A stretch of 64,000 nt of DNA from Octopus vulgaris (GCA_951406725.2 OX597823.1:15810001-15874000), one strand, 5' to 3'. Shown: positions 39,353 through 53,914, numbered from the stretch's first letter. Notes: generated by a model from the letters alone, not told the origin. Translations and numbers: made by a program.

Positions 39353-40027
39353 TATATATATATGTGTGTGTATATATGTATATATATGTATATATGTATA
39401 TATATGTATATATATATGTATATGTATATATATATATGTATATATATATATATGTATATATATATGTATATATATATATCTATATATATTTATGTATATG
39501 TATATATAAATATGTATATTTATATGTATGTTTGTATATGTATATATGTAAATGTATATATATACATATAGGAAAGAATGTTTGAAAATGCAATTTTAAA
39601 AGATATTTCTTCACTTGACCGGCTTCACATTTTTTAGGAAAAGATTGTCAAAAGTAAAATGTAAAAGCTTTGTAAAAGCTTTGTTGTGTTAAGTACTGGT
39701 TGTCACAAAATATTACAATACATATATACATTCTTATCAAAGAATGTATATATTACAATACATATACACATTCTTTGATAATAATAATAAGAAAATGTTA
39801 AAAACAGTTTACAAGGAAATATCTTACATTTTCTTATTATTATCAAAGAATGTATATATGTGTTGTAATATTTTGTGACAACTAGTACTTAACACAACAA
39901 AACTTTTACATGGTACTTTTGACAATCCGGTCAAGTGAATAAATATATTTTAAAATTGCATTTTCCAACCTTCTTTCATATATATTTCCCCTTGTGCGTA
40001 CCTTACAACTTCACTTTGCTATACACA

Positions 40028-40082
<55 letters not shown>

Positions 40083-40137
40083 GAGAAAATAAAAAAGGAA
40101 AATATGCACACTTACATGGTTATAATATAATTTTTAA

Positions 40138-40645
40138 TATATCGACCGGTTTCGCAATCGCTATTCATGATATAATGTTTAATTTATATGAATATATATT
40201 TTTTCTTAAGAAGAAATTTGGTCCATGTTGTTTGTAATGAAATTCACGAGTGAATGATTTTACAAGTTGACAAGTAAAGGGAGGTAATTGGTTGTTATTA
40301 TTGTTATTGTTGTGTGTAAGGGAGATAACTGTTTAGGTTTTGGGTGGGGAATAAATATGTGTACAGAAAGGAGACAGGTTTAAAAAAAGGGACCCTGTTT
40401 AGTAGGGGATTTATGTACAGTGATGTAATATGTAAAAATATAAAAGTTGGTTATGCATGCATATTAAGACGCGTTTTGTATTTTTCAATGAAAAAAGTTT
40501 CTTTTTTTAAGCATTCTAGTTGAGAGATTGTGTCTTTGCACTGGTAGAAAAGGAAGATTGTAAAATTTGGTTTGATGTTACCTGCACATTTTTCTAAGTG
40601 TTCACTAAGAGGAATTTGCCTGTATTGCGGGAATAAATGTTGCTT
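40138..40645 (-). mobile_element. Penelope-like 3' remnant: GIY-YIG C-terminus plus degenerate hammerhead
   Basis: 40645-40451 reads KQHLFPQYRQIPLSEHLEKCAGNIKPNFTIFLFYQC..KKETFFIEKYKTRLN; 40174-40138 reads tatatc-ATGAATA-gcgattgc-GAAACCGGTC-gatata. Confidence 0.75.
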
Positions 40646-40884
40646 ATTGCAAGTTATGGATGATTCTTTTATGACTTCATTGCTTTCAGGCTTAGCTTAA
40701 GGTATTTTCGTGCCCGACATCACAAAATGCGTCTGAATAAACATTGCTGGACAGCAGATAGAGACTTGGACATTGCTCAGAAAATAATTTTCATTTTCAA
40801 CATCGTATATAGCATGCACTAAGGATTTTGACCTTTGAATTTTTAGAAAAAAAATGCGGATTATACTCGAGGATTTATGTTATA

Positions 40885-41215
40885 CAGTTGTAGCCAAAAT
40901 GTTCGGAACGGCATTGTTTTCGTCAGAAAAGTAGGTATAAGTTTTTATCAAAGTTGTTTTATATTCCACAATTTTCACAGACAATAAATACAATATTAAT
41001 TGTTATTGTCTGAGATTTTGGTGTAATTTGAGAGGATAATACAAAAGTTATTGATGATTTAGTGATTTACTGCAAAACCCATGGCGGCCAAAATGATCAA
41101 ATAATATTGTATTTATTGTCTGTGAAAATTATGGAATATAAAATAACTTTGATAAAAAATTATATCTACTTTTCTGACGAAAACAATGCCGTTCTGAACA
41201 TTTTGGCCGCAACTG
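40885..41215. mobile_element. Tc1/mariner-type MITE with about 115-bp TIRs
   Basis: TA|cagttgtagccaaaatgttcggaacggcattg... / ...caatgccgttctgaacattttggccgcaactg|TA. Confidence 0.9.
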
Positions 41216-41290
41216 TATGTATATATGTATATATATGAATATATATATATATGTATATGTATATATGTATACATATGAATGTATATATGA

Positions 41291-41336
<46 letters not shown>

Positions 41337-41370
41337 TTACATATATATATGTATATATATATATTTATAG

Positions 41371-41401
<31 letters not shown>

Positions 41402-41413
41402 CTATATATATAT

Positions 41414-41780
41414 ACTATAGCCTCAGGCCCACCAAAGCCTTGTGAGTGGATTTTGTACATGGAAACTAAAAGATGACTGTTGTATATACCTGTATATTTG
41501 TGTGTGTGTGTGTTTGTGTGTGTGTGTATGTGCGCGCGCGTGCGTGCCTGTGTGTTGTTCATTTGTATTTATGTGTGTGTCTCTGTTTTCCCCCCCCACC
41601 ACTACTTGAAAACCGATTATGCTGTGTTTTCGTCCCCGTAATCTAGCTGTTCAACTAAAGAAACTGATAGAATAAGTACTAGGCTTAAAAAAGAATAAAT
41701 CCTGGGGTCGATTTCTTTGACTAAAGGAGGTGCTCCAGCTTGGCTGTAGTTACATTACTGAAACAAATAAAACAATAAAA
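41414..41780 (+). mobile_element. SINE family B (5'-truncated, diverged)
   Basis: actatagcctcaggcccaccaaagccttgtgagtgg..gactaaaggaggtgctccagc. Confidence 0.75.
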
Positions 41781-42206
41781 AAAACTATGCCATTTTAATC
41801 CCAAGCAATGCTGGTTATTTCTGCTAGTATGTAGCTTTTAAGCAACTAATCCCGAATGGGAGGATCTGCAAATGGATCTCTGTCTTATTTTAGAGAATTT
41901 GTTGCAATTGCTTCCTCCAGTCATACCCCAAAGATGATCATATTCGTCGCTAAAAATCTCCTTAAATTTCTTTGTCTCTCTTTTCTCTCTTTTTCTTTCT
42001 TTCTCTCTTTCTCTCACTCTCTCCGTCTGTCTTCGCCACCGTCCTCACTGCCTCTATGCCAACTATTACTCTCATCCCATCACAAGGAAGTGTCATTGAA
42101 TAGTGAGAGATGGGGGTCAAAGTGTGACACACTGACACACAGAAATTAGTTTTCGCATTTATTATATTAGATAATACAATACAATATGATATACTATGAT
42201 ATAGTG

Positions 42207-42520
42207 AAGGCATGTGGCTTGGTGGTTAGGGTAATCAGCTCGTGATCGTAAGGTTGTGAGTTCGATTCCCGGTAGTGCATTGTGTCCTTTAGAAGGCACT
42301 TCCTTTCCCGCTGCTGCAGTCCACTTACCTGGCAAAAATGAGTTGTACCTGTATTTCAAATGGCCATCCTTGTCACATTCTGTGTCATGCTGAATCCACC
42401 TGAGAACTACATTAAGGGTATGCATGACTGTGGAGTACTCAGCCACTTGCATGTTAATTTCATGAGCAGGTAGTTGATAGGATCCGCTGGAACCCTTGTT
42501 ATCATAACAGTTGGAGTGCT
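42207..42520 (+). mobile_element. tRNA-derived SINE (family E head, D-like body)
   Basis: gtggcttggtggttaggg..gagttcgattccc; body shared with 53915-54240 and the reverse of 31880-32055. Confidence 0.7.
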
Positions 42521-43233
42521 AGTATAATATAATATAATATAATATAATATAATATAATATAATATAATATAATATATTATAATATAATATCTACTATAAT
42601 AATACTCTTGTGTTTTTCTCTGTTACAACATATGAATGAGAAAGGAAGGGATGATAGATGAATAAGGAGGGAAGGGATGATGGCAAACTTGGTAGTGGGA
42701 TGATGGAAATTCTACGGTGAAAAAATCAAACAGCGTTTCAACTCTGTGAGAGTATATGTGTGTATATGTATGCTTGTACAAAGGGTAATGCGTGAATGTT
42801 TGTGTGTGTGAGTCAGTGTTCCTTCAGTAACAAACGATGATCGATGTCACATCTCAAAAGACAACCACTGGATAACTTTGACAAGTGTATCAATTTGATT
42901 TTCCATCTATGTTCTATCCCATATTTAGTCACAGTCAGCTTTGTGTGGATTACTTCGTACAAGAAAACTTTAAACTTCTTTGGGAGGAAACGAGCCATCA
43001 AGAAATGTTAGTTGCGGAGAGATTTTTCACATAAAAATTGATAATAAAAAAATTATTAAACTAAAAACTTGGTTTTGTACTTTATGTATATATAAAATGC
43101 TACAATTAGCTGTTACCTTTGATGGCACTGGACCAGCTAGTAATATAATATAATATAATATAATATAATATAATATAATATAATATAATATAATATAATA
43201 TAATATAATATAATATAATATAATGTACTATAA

Positions 43234-43628
43234 TCTTTATATATAAAAGTGAGGTTGTGTGCTGTCTGTCTCCTACGATTTAGATTCCTAACTACTCCCA
43301 CGTTTTGCGGTGCAGTTTAACCGAAACCGGGTATCTTATAGTCATGATTCATATCGAGCCCTTCTGGGTATTAGCGCGCGTCTACGATGAGTCTACGATT
43401 TTAAAAATAATTTACCATCAATTTTTCCCATTTTTAATGCATCTTTGGCATATATAAGGGAATTAACTCTCTAAAAATGTATTATTAAATCTCAGAACGT
43501 AAAAAGCTACAGTAACACCACCCTTTGTGGTTAGCCATATTGAGATAGCAATTATACTTTACATCTCTAAAAATGCTTATATAGTTATTTCCCTTACAAA
43601 CCCGAGCAACGCTGGACGATACTGCTAG
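43234..43628 (+). mobile_element. Non-autonomous Helitron inserted in an (AATAT)n array
   Basis: A|TCtttatatataaaagtg ... cccgagcaacgctggacgatactgCTAG|T. Confidence 0.85.
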
Positions 43629-44072
43629 TATAATATAATATAATATGATATATAATATTATATAACACAATATGATATAATATGATATACTATATGATAT
43701 AATATAATATATGATATAATATAATATATGATATAATATAATATATAATATGATATAATATGATGTAATATAATATGCTATAATATAATACGATGTGATA
43801 TAATATAATATGCTATAATATAATATGATCTGATATAATATAATATGATATAATATAATATGATATAAGATAAGATAATATGATATAATATAATATGATA
43901 TAATATAATATGATGTGATATAATATAATATGATATAATATAATATGATATAATATAAGATAATATGATATAATATAATATGATATAATATAATGTCATA
44001 TAATATGATATAATATAATATGATATAATATGTTATATTATAATATTGTATAATGTAATATGATATAATATA
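43629..44072. repeat. (AATAT/GATAT)n pentanucleotide array (also 42523-42590 and 43140-43230)
   Basis: Directly visible. Confidence 0.95.
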
Positions 44073-44229
44073 TGTAGTGGGCTAGATTCAAGTGTAGATG
44101 CAGCTAAGCAGCCATCATTATGGCCAGATTTATCTCATCTATTTTAAACAATTGTTTGGCATACTTGCACAAGTTACTGGGTCGTTTCTAACTCTGCCCG
44201 TAGCCAGTCATTTAATTCCATCATCATTT

Positions 44230-44560
44230 CTGCATCCTGAGGTAAGACTTCACCACTTCACTCTCTCCTATTCACAGATTTTAATAAGTTTGAGTGCCCT
44301 GCAATTTTTTTGTGCAGCTGTCATTTTCCGTATGCATCACATGAATGTAGTATCTGCAGAGACTACTCTGATACTTTTTATAGCCAGTTTTTCTCGTGTA
44401 CACTAACAGTACACACTCAGTGGTTCAGACTTACTTCATTTCTTTCTAATCATTGCATATCCTCTGCATATTTAGTGTTATATCTTGCTATCATGCAGCA
44501 TTGCTATTCGTGCACAATCTGCTTTTCCCACTGAAAGACATCTTTGTAACCATCAGAGAT
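44230..44560 (-). mobile_element. Old RTE-clade LINE fragment
   Basis: Reverse complement gcagaggatatgcaatgattagaaagaaatgaag..gagaaaaactggctataaaaagtatcaga resembles 10225-10350. Confidence 0.55.
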
Positions 44561-46378
44561 AATAGCACCCTGAACGTTTGTCAGCTTCTCTCTTTGGCAA
44601 CGATACTCTCAGAACAACCATGTTCACTGCCAATTATGTCATTGAAGTAGCAGGAATTAGAAAAAACTTCTTAAGGGCCTCCCAAGCATTTGAGAGAATC
44701 GTTTTCATGTGTGCTTTTTGCTTCTGTGTATTTGTATTCCTAACAGAAAGGAGTGGATAATTTATATACATTATGCATAAATTATACATAATGTGTATGG
44801 CTTGATTACAGTATAACAGCTTATATTACTCTATACAAAATTGAAGAGATTGTGTGTATGTGTGTGTGTGTGTGGGGGGGGGGTATGTGTGCGTATAAAA
44901 TCATACAAAAACTAGATTTTCCATTCTGGTTACTCATAATTTCTTGTCCTACAGAAAACCGTCAGATTAATTGCCTTTATCTTTTCATCTCTTAAGAATG
45001 AGAATTTGATAAAATATCCCGTTTCCGTTTCCGTTAGTGTGCATAACTTTTTGGTGGTATAAATTAGTTATTTCTCTTTCCTAGTACGATAAATCTCGTT
45101 AGTTGTAGTGAGAAATAAATGAAATGATCAAAATTTTAAAAAAGTAAAGAGAGGTTAATACATGACTAATAAGGGCTTGCAAAAAGTTTATCATTAGAAG
45201 AGGGCGTGTAATAGGGAGCAAGAAAACGGAAATGGAAAGTAAGAGCAATGAAAAATAAGGTACAGACAAATGAATATGTTAACAGATGCGCACGAACTTG
45301 TGTGCATTTGCGGCAGATATTTAGGTTGTGTCTCAGTTACTTCCTAAGAAATTCTGGCCTGGTATTCAGAGATCAGGTTTAAGTAGGTTTTTTTTTTTTA
45401 AAGTATAAGTATGTATTCTCTCTCAACTGTGCAAGAATTCTTTTACTTCTGATTTTTGAATAAGCTTTCCTTTTGTGTAATAATCAGAACCTTTTCCTTT
45501 TAATTGCCACATGTAGTTGGCTAATTTTTTTGCATTCCTCTTTTAGATGAGTAGAAAAAAGTGTGATTGTAGAATCTTTCTTTGAACTTTATTTCAGTCA
45601 CGCCTTTACTTTGTTTACTTGCTATGTCAAGGTTTGTTTTATAGAGTTAATTTATGTTTTATAAGTTTTGGCTTCTTCGTTGCAAAGAGATGAAGTATCA
45701 CATAACTGTCCCAATATGTTTGGAATCTGAGATGAGAACGAGTTGAAAGTATAAAAATAGTCTGGTTAGCTGCGAAACTGCAGCTTCGTGTATAACTTGC
45801 TCTGGAATATGACTGTTCAAGAAGCTCGAATTTGTGTCTGAATGTTAGCACAAGAATAAACATCTTTGATAATGTCAACTACTTACAAATCAATATCTGA
45901 CGAACAAAATACATAACAGTGTTACGTCAGTGACAGTCACATTTAAAAATTATATTCATCTGACATCCAACAATATGTGTGTGTTTGTCTTTGCATAAAC
46001 GTACACGTGCAAGTTTGTATATCCATACACATAGGTAGTTTAGTGCTACCATATTTATAGCATACTATAGTGTTTGTTCCCTGACCATTTTCATCTGCCT
46101 CTATTAAAGTATTTATATACACGCATATCAATAGAAATCTAGTGTTAATATATTGACATTAATCACGGTGGCGAGCGAGCAGAATCGTTAGCACACCAGA
46201 CAAAATGCTAAGCGGCATTTTATCCGTTCTTACGGTCTGAGTTCAAATTCTGCCAAGGTCGACTTTGCCTTTCATTCTTTCGATAAAATAAGTACTAGTT
46301 GATAAAATAAGCACAAGTCAATGCAATCGACTTAGCCCCTACTCCGAAATTGCTGGCCTTGAGTCAAAATTTTAAACA

Positions 46379-46410
<32 letters not shown>

Positions 46411-46425
46411 CGATGATGATGATGG

Positions 46426-46476
<51 letters not shown>

Positions 46477-46478
<2 letters not shown>

Positions 46479-47232
46479 AATTGCAGCACAAGACCAAAGC
46501 CTCCCCACCAGAAATGACTAAAAACCTATCATGAAAAGAAACATAATAAGTAACTGCAGAATATGTGGAGATGGACAAGAGACAATAAATCATATTATCT
46601 CTGGCTGCGCAGTCGTGACTAAGAAGGAACATACTCACAGACACGATAGAGTTGGGACCTACATACACTGGAAGCTATGCCAACATTATGGAAAAACAAC
46701 AGAAAAAAGATGGTATAGACACACACCAGAAAAGGTCACAGAAAACGAGAAAGCAACCATATTCTGGGATATGCCAATACACACAGATAGAGAAATTAAG
46801 GCCAACAGACCAGATATAGTTGTCAGAGATCATGAAAACAAAAATGCTTTCTAATTGATGTATCAATACCAGCAGATAACAACGTTTCTCTAAAAGAAAT
46901 GGAGAAACTTTCAAAATACAAAGACCTGGAAATAGAGGTACTCGAATGTGGAATCTAAAAACAGAAACAATCCCTATCATAGTAGGCGCATTAGGTATGA
47001 TAAAAAAATATATTCAGACAAATACATAACAAAAACACCAGGACTTACAAATATATATAACATACAGGAAATTGCACTACTTGGCACTGCACACATCCTT
47101 CGAAAAATACTTTCAATACAGTTACTGTAAGAGCATCACAGCAAACCACAGCACATACCCAAGGCACACAGAGCTGTACTCGGTAGTGAAGTGAAAGCAC
47201 GCTATAAAAATAAAACTACTGAATAATAATAA
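46477..47232 (+). mobile_element. R4/Dong-clade LINE 3' end (CCHC knuckle and restriction-like endonuclease)
   Basis: CRICGDGQETINHIISGC, RHDRV, ANRPDIVV..LIDVSIP..KYKDL, IPIIVGALG; frameshifted; ends in (AAT)n. Confidence 0.9.
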
Positions 47233-48028
47233 ATGCCCTGATGCAGTACCAGACAGTGGCTCTCATGGCTTCTGATCTTAACTAATTGGAAGTGTTATCA
47301 TGTACATTGTTTTGTCTTGGTATAAAAGATGGGCTACAGCAAATATTCTGCTCAATACCACAGATTTGCTTGTCAGTTGTTTGACCTTAACTAGTTGACC
47401 ATGTCGCTTAGTGGCTGACGATATGTGCATTTCTGATCACAAGCAGAAGTAGTGGGGGAGCATCATAGCCGTGTGATGAAAGGAGTTCTTAGAGGTTTGG
47501 ATAATTCACCTTTGGAAACATGGGTGGTTCGTTCAACATCCTTAAACAATCCTTATTCAAGGATCTTTTGAGCGGGATGGGCTACTCGACCAGAAGAAAA
47601 TTCTAACTGGGCCCCACCTGCAAGGTCATGTGCTGTTTATCTTAATATGAGATCACCATGTTGCGCACATTTGGTTGTGATGCATGTGCCTAGTGTATCC
47701 TTTTCAGACGGGTAATCCTGATGGGTATACTGGGCTTCGTATATTTTTACCCCAGTGTCACTTTGATGGCATACACTGCTCTCTCACTCACTCACTCACT
47801 CACTCACTCAATAATAATAATAATAATAATAATAATGGCTATTAACTTCAAACATTCCAAAAAGACGACCTTTCTCGAAGCTCGATGTTTGGTTTTGAAC
47901 ATTAGTCGCTGTAAAAAGCGCAATTGTGAAGTTTTTCAGAAAATTGCATATGTTCTTAATACTTTTTCTCCCGTTTGTAAACCCAAGCGCGCGATTGAGT
48001 GTGTGTGTGTGGGGTTTCTTGTGTATAT

Positions 48029-48080
<52 letters not shown>

Positions 48081-48339
48081 AGTTATATTTACATACATCC
48101 ATGTAATATCTACGATGAAACAGAATCCGAAGAGACTGGTGATGGTCTGCGTCTGTAAGACTAGTATTGTTAAGAAAAATCCATTAGAAGAGTACAATGA
48201 AATTGATGAGCGGACGTAGAAAATCTGACAGGATGTGAATTTAAAAAGAATAAAACGACACTAGACTTTTACATCCTGTATGTTAGAGAAACTGGCTGCA
48301 ACTGATGAGGAGCAAAAGACCACGTGAGCTTCATAAGTG

Positions 48340-48413
<74 letters not shown>

Positions 48414-48967
48414 CAGAGAGAGAGAGAGGATGAGACCTAGCTGGAAGCTGTCTCCGAAATGCTGGATTTTCTACTCCGCATGGTATATGAGAGATTGTAC
48501 AAGATTATACTCCTTTCGCCTTTTTTTTTTAATTCAGAGTTACGTTGTTTTTTTTGTCGTATTTGATTCCTTCTGTCTATCTACTGTCTATCTACTTTTG
48601 TATTGGTGTGCATGTTCTTCGAAGTTATTTTTGCTAGATGATAATCTGGAAATACTAAGTAATACGCTGTAAACGAAGAAATTAAAGATTTTCCTCGGGT
48701 AGTTAGAACATTTATTGGTGTATTGAGTCTTTTCGATAGGTTTTGTATATGAGTGATATGATGAGTTGTGGAAGTTTAGCATGATATCCAGAATAATCAA
48801 TTGCCTTCAAGTGGATTTCTACAATGATTGCTAAGCCTAAGCCTTTAAAAAAGCCAAAAAAGTTGTTTTCAGATTCTGTACGTTTCTGTTTTGTTTATCA
48901 AAATTTCTAAATAAGGTCAGTCTCTCATTTTACTCTCTCACTCCTTCATCATCATCGTCGTCGTCGT

Positions 48968-49053
<86 letters not shown>

Positions 49054-49229
49054 ATAGTAGTAGTAGTCTCTCGAGTCCAAGAAAGACGATCCTGCGATTT
49101 ACTGCTGAACCTTCACAGATGATTTGCTTATAGTGATCATATGACTGTCCTTTAGTCCAGTATATCCACCTGTGTCAGTGAACAGAGGGCCCAATACAAT
49201 ATATAAATATACATACAATCACATCTATT

Positions 49230-49297
<68 letters not shown>

Positions 49298-49302
<5 letters not shown>

Positions 49303-49610
49303 CACGTGATCACGTGACCGACCAGACCATCAGATGTTGTTACACATCGCTGATCACAATGCGTTCGCATTGTTTTAGCCTTCGAATGACGCCACCCCGT
49401 TGGCTAAGCGAGCAGGCCAGCAGAAGAAAGAGTGGGAGAAAGAGTGGTGAAAGAGTACAGCAGGGATCACCCCCCCCCCCCTGCCGGAGCGTCGTGGAGC
49501 TTTCAGGTGTTTTCGCTCAATAAACACTCACAACGCCCGGTCTGGGAATCGAAACCGCGATCCTGCGACCGCGAATCCGCTGCCCTAACCACTGGGCCAT
49601 TGCGCCTCCA
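49298..49610 (-). mobile_element. tRNA-derived SINE family D
   Basis: Near-identical to 54269-54564; head ggaggcgcaatggcccagtggttagggc. Confidence 0.85.
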
Positions 49611-49627
49611 TATATATATGCATACAT

Positions 49628-49872
49628 ACAGGTTTGCCTAAAAGTAGGTTTGCAGTAATCACGTAGGCACTTTAAATTTCTTTTAAAACATTTTATTACA
49701 TTTAAATTTCTATCTTACAATCATATTGTTTATGCACATCTTGAACAGACAATGTTTAATCTCTCAGATGCTCAAAAAGCCCTCCTTCAACATTACAGCA
49801 TTCTTCAAACTTCTTCAGAACACTCTGACTCACAGTTCAGTACAAATTCCGATCTCCATCAATTTCAGCCAA

Positions 49873-49949
<77 letters not shown>

Positions 49950-50595
49950 ACGGGAAGCTTTATGAAAATAAACAAAAGACGAAGGCAGGTGGAATATAAA
50001 CAAACAATTGTATTAGTATGGCGCTCAGGACTATAAATAAAACAAGTCTTTTACGTTTCGAGCCTACGCTCTTCAACAGAAAGATACACAGAAAAGAAAC
50101 ACAGAAAGAAACAAGGAGAGAAAAAAAATGCGTGCAGAAGCTAGCGAATCAACTTGGCGATCTGATTCCGGCCAGATGTCAAAGATCAAACGTGAGACGC
50201 AAGAGCGAAAATAGGGGAGATAACAGGGTCAAATGACTTCGCCCCAACATAAGGGTGTGTGTGTGTGTATGAGAGAGTATGTAGTGTGTATGAGAGAGTA
50301 TGTAGTGCGTATAAGAGGTCTGGACGTGTGTATGTATGTATGATGTGATGTGTAATGTCGTATGGTGTAGTGTAGAGAGAGGAGATGATTGGCAGAAATA
50401 TAATATGATTGGCAGAAATATAATCTTTTAGTTCATTTACTGTTTTGGGGTTCTCATAAACCTTGTTCTTTGCAATACCCGTCCCCCCACCAAAAACAGA
50501 AATCCATTGGTGTCAGGTTAGGTGAACGTGGTGGCCATGCGATGCTGCCCCGTCTCCCAAACCAAGACGATGCTGCCCCGTCTCCCAAACCAAGG
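49628..50595 (-). mobile_element. Fragmented IS630-Tc1-mariner transposase remnant
   Basis: WFGRRGSIAWPPRSPNLTPMDFCFW (about 50490-50565) and C-terminal ECCNVEGGLFEHLRD* (about 49756-49803); TA|CAGG terminus; interrupted by other repeats. Confidence 0.7.
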
Positions 50596-50687
<92 letters not shown>

Positions 50688-51856
50688 GAAAGTTGTGCGG
50701 GTAATGAATAAATATGTATATATTAGGTAGGTATATATGAGTTTACTCACTCATCATTATATACGCACACAAATACATATACACACATAAATAAATACTT
50801 AAGACCTCTAGGTCACGGCACTCAACATTTTTTAGATCAGAATCACATCGTAAGAAGAGCAGCAAACACTTGTTTGCATTTAGTTTAAGTTCAGGCACAT
50901 AATTATCTAGTTCACTGGGAATTCAGTTGATAATCAAGTACTAGCAATATATATTAGCTTCGGCCCAAATACCGTATCTTGAACCAGCTCCTGTATATAA
51001 AACGTCTTTCTATCTGGATTTAACTAACCACAACCGATTATGCTTGAAAAAATAAATAGATTAATAGTTGGCATTTGGTCAAAGTGTAATCGTTTTAATA
51101 AATAGTAGAATTTTGATGTACCAAATGATAGGGACCACAGACGAGAAAGTCAGCTATTTTAAACAGATTCTAATTTCCTTATCTCTGTTTCCATAAGTAT
51201 TTTCTTATTCTATCAACGTACTTAAATCAAAAGGAGACAACCAGTGCATTTAATTAGTGCAATAAGGAACATTTTTAATTTGGACAGCTTCATATTGGCT
51301 GAGGTTACAGAGGGGTAAATGCATTAGCTGAAATATGGCAACGTGACTTCAGATCCTATCACTTGCCTTGCAATGTATCTATTGCAACAGCCCCCTGAAG
51401 CTAATCAAGTCCATTTAATAGTAAATATACAGACAGAAAGATGAGTAAAGTACAATTTATTTCTGTTTGAAGAAAGAACATGATTTAACCGGTGTTTTGT
51501 CTGTTTCTTTGTGTGCAGTGATGAGCTGAAATCTCTCTCTTACATGTACACCAAGAAGACAGTATGTATCTCTTCCAGTGTTTTATTCCAGACACTGAAA
51601 TAATGCAAAAGCAAGAAAGAATTCTATCTAATCATGACGTCACAGTAGAAGATATCTAAGTTATCATGTTCGCCCTGTAAAATATGTGTTGTTTTGCCAT
51701 TTCACTTGCATATTTCGCACTAACGATGAGATGTGTGTACTGAGGCTGGCAGTACGATAATTATGGTTGCCATGCATAAGCATACATTTCCACCACATTC
51801 ATGTTTAACACCCAATTTTTAGACGAATAGAAAACAAATTCTTTGAGCATCTAAAA

Positions 51857-53564
51857 ACATACATACATACATATATACATACATACATACAATCATACAT
51901 AATGCATAGATACATATATACATACATACATACATGCATAGATACATACATACATACATGCATGCATACATACATACATACATACATACATACATACATA
52001 CATGCTACATACATACATGCATACATATATGCATACATACATACATACATACATACATTCATGCATACATACATACATGCATACATACATACATACATAA
52101 TGCATAGATACATATATACATACATAAATACATACATGCATAGATATATACATACATACATACATAAATATATACATACATGCATAGATACATACATACA
52201 TACATACAAACATACATACATACATACATGCATAGATACATATATACATACATACATACATACATACATACATGCATGCATACATACATACATACATACA
52301 TACATTCATACATGCATACATACATACATGCATACATATATGCATACCTACATACATACATACATACATACATTCATGCATACATACATACATGCATACA
52401 TACATACATACATACATAATGCATAGATACATATATACATACATAAATACATACATGCATAGATACATACATACATACATACATAAATATATACATACAT
52501 GCATAGATACATACATACATACATACATACATACATACATACAAACATGCATAGATACATACATACATACAAACATACATACATACAAACATACATACAT
52601 ACATACATACATGCATAGATACATAATGAATACATACATGCATACATACATACATACATACATGCATAATGCATAGATACATATATACATACATACATAC
52701 ATGCATAGATACATACATACATACATACATACATACATAAATATATACATACATGCATAGATACATACATACATACATACATACAAACATACATACACAC
52801 ATGCATAGATACATACATACATACATACATACATATATGCATGCATGCATACATACATACATACATACATACATACATACATGAATACATATATGCATAC
52901 ATACATACATTCATGCATACATACATACATACATAATGCATAGATACATATATACATACATAAATACATACATGCATAGATACATACATACATAAATATA
53001 TACATACATGCATAGATACACACATACATACATACATACATACATACATACATACATACATACATACATACATAGATACATACATACAAACATACATACA
53101 TACATGCATAGATACATAATGAATACATACATACATACATACATACATGCATGCATACATACATACATACATACATACATACATACATACATACATGCAT
53201 ACATACATGCATACATACATACATACATAATGCATAGATACATATATACATACATACATACATAATGAATACATACATACATACATACATACATGCATAC
53301 ATACATACACACATACATACATGCATACATACATACATACATACATAATGCATAGATACATATATACATACATAAATACATACATGCATAGATACATACA
53401 TACATACATAAATATATACATACATGCATAGATACATACATACATGCATACATACATATATACATACATGCATAGATAGATAGATACATACATACATACA
53501 AACATACATACATACAAACATACATACATACAAACATACATACATGCATGCATAGATACATACA

Positions 53565-53598
<34 letters not shown>

Positions 53599-53643
53599 CA
53601 TACATACATACATAATGAATACATACATACATACATGCATAGA

Positions 53644-53677
<34 letters not shown>

Positions 53678-53900
53678 CATACATACATACATACATAATG
53701 AATACATACATACATACATGCATAGATACATACATACATACATACATACATACATACCTACAAACATACATACATACATACATACATACATACATGCATA
53801 GATACATATATATATATATACATGCCTGCACGCATGCATACATGCATACTTCCGTACGCACTTACATATGTACGTAAGTACGTACGTACGTATGTATGCA
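51857..53900. repeat. About 2-kb (CATA)n-derived array with higher-order units
   Basis: Recurrent cataatgcatagatacatatatacatacata blocks. Confidence 0.95.
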
Positions 53901-53914
53901 TGTATATATTTTGT

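Noticed and set aside
51515-51610. C/D-box snoRNA-like GTGATGA...CTGA
   Set aside because: Weak terminal stem and no convincing rRNA guide; the exon reading is at least as plausible.
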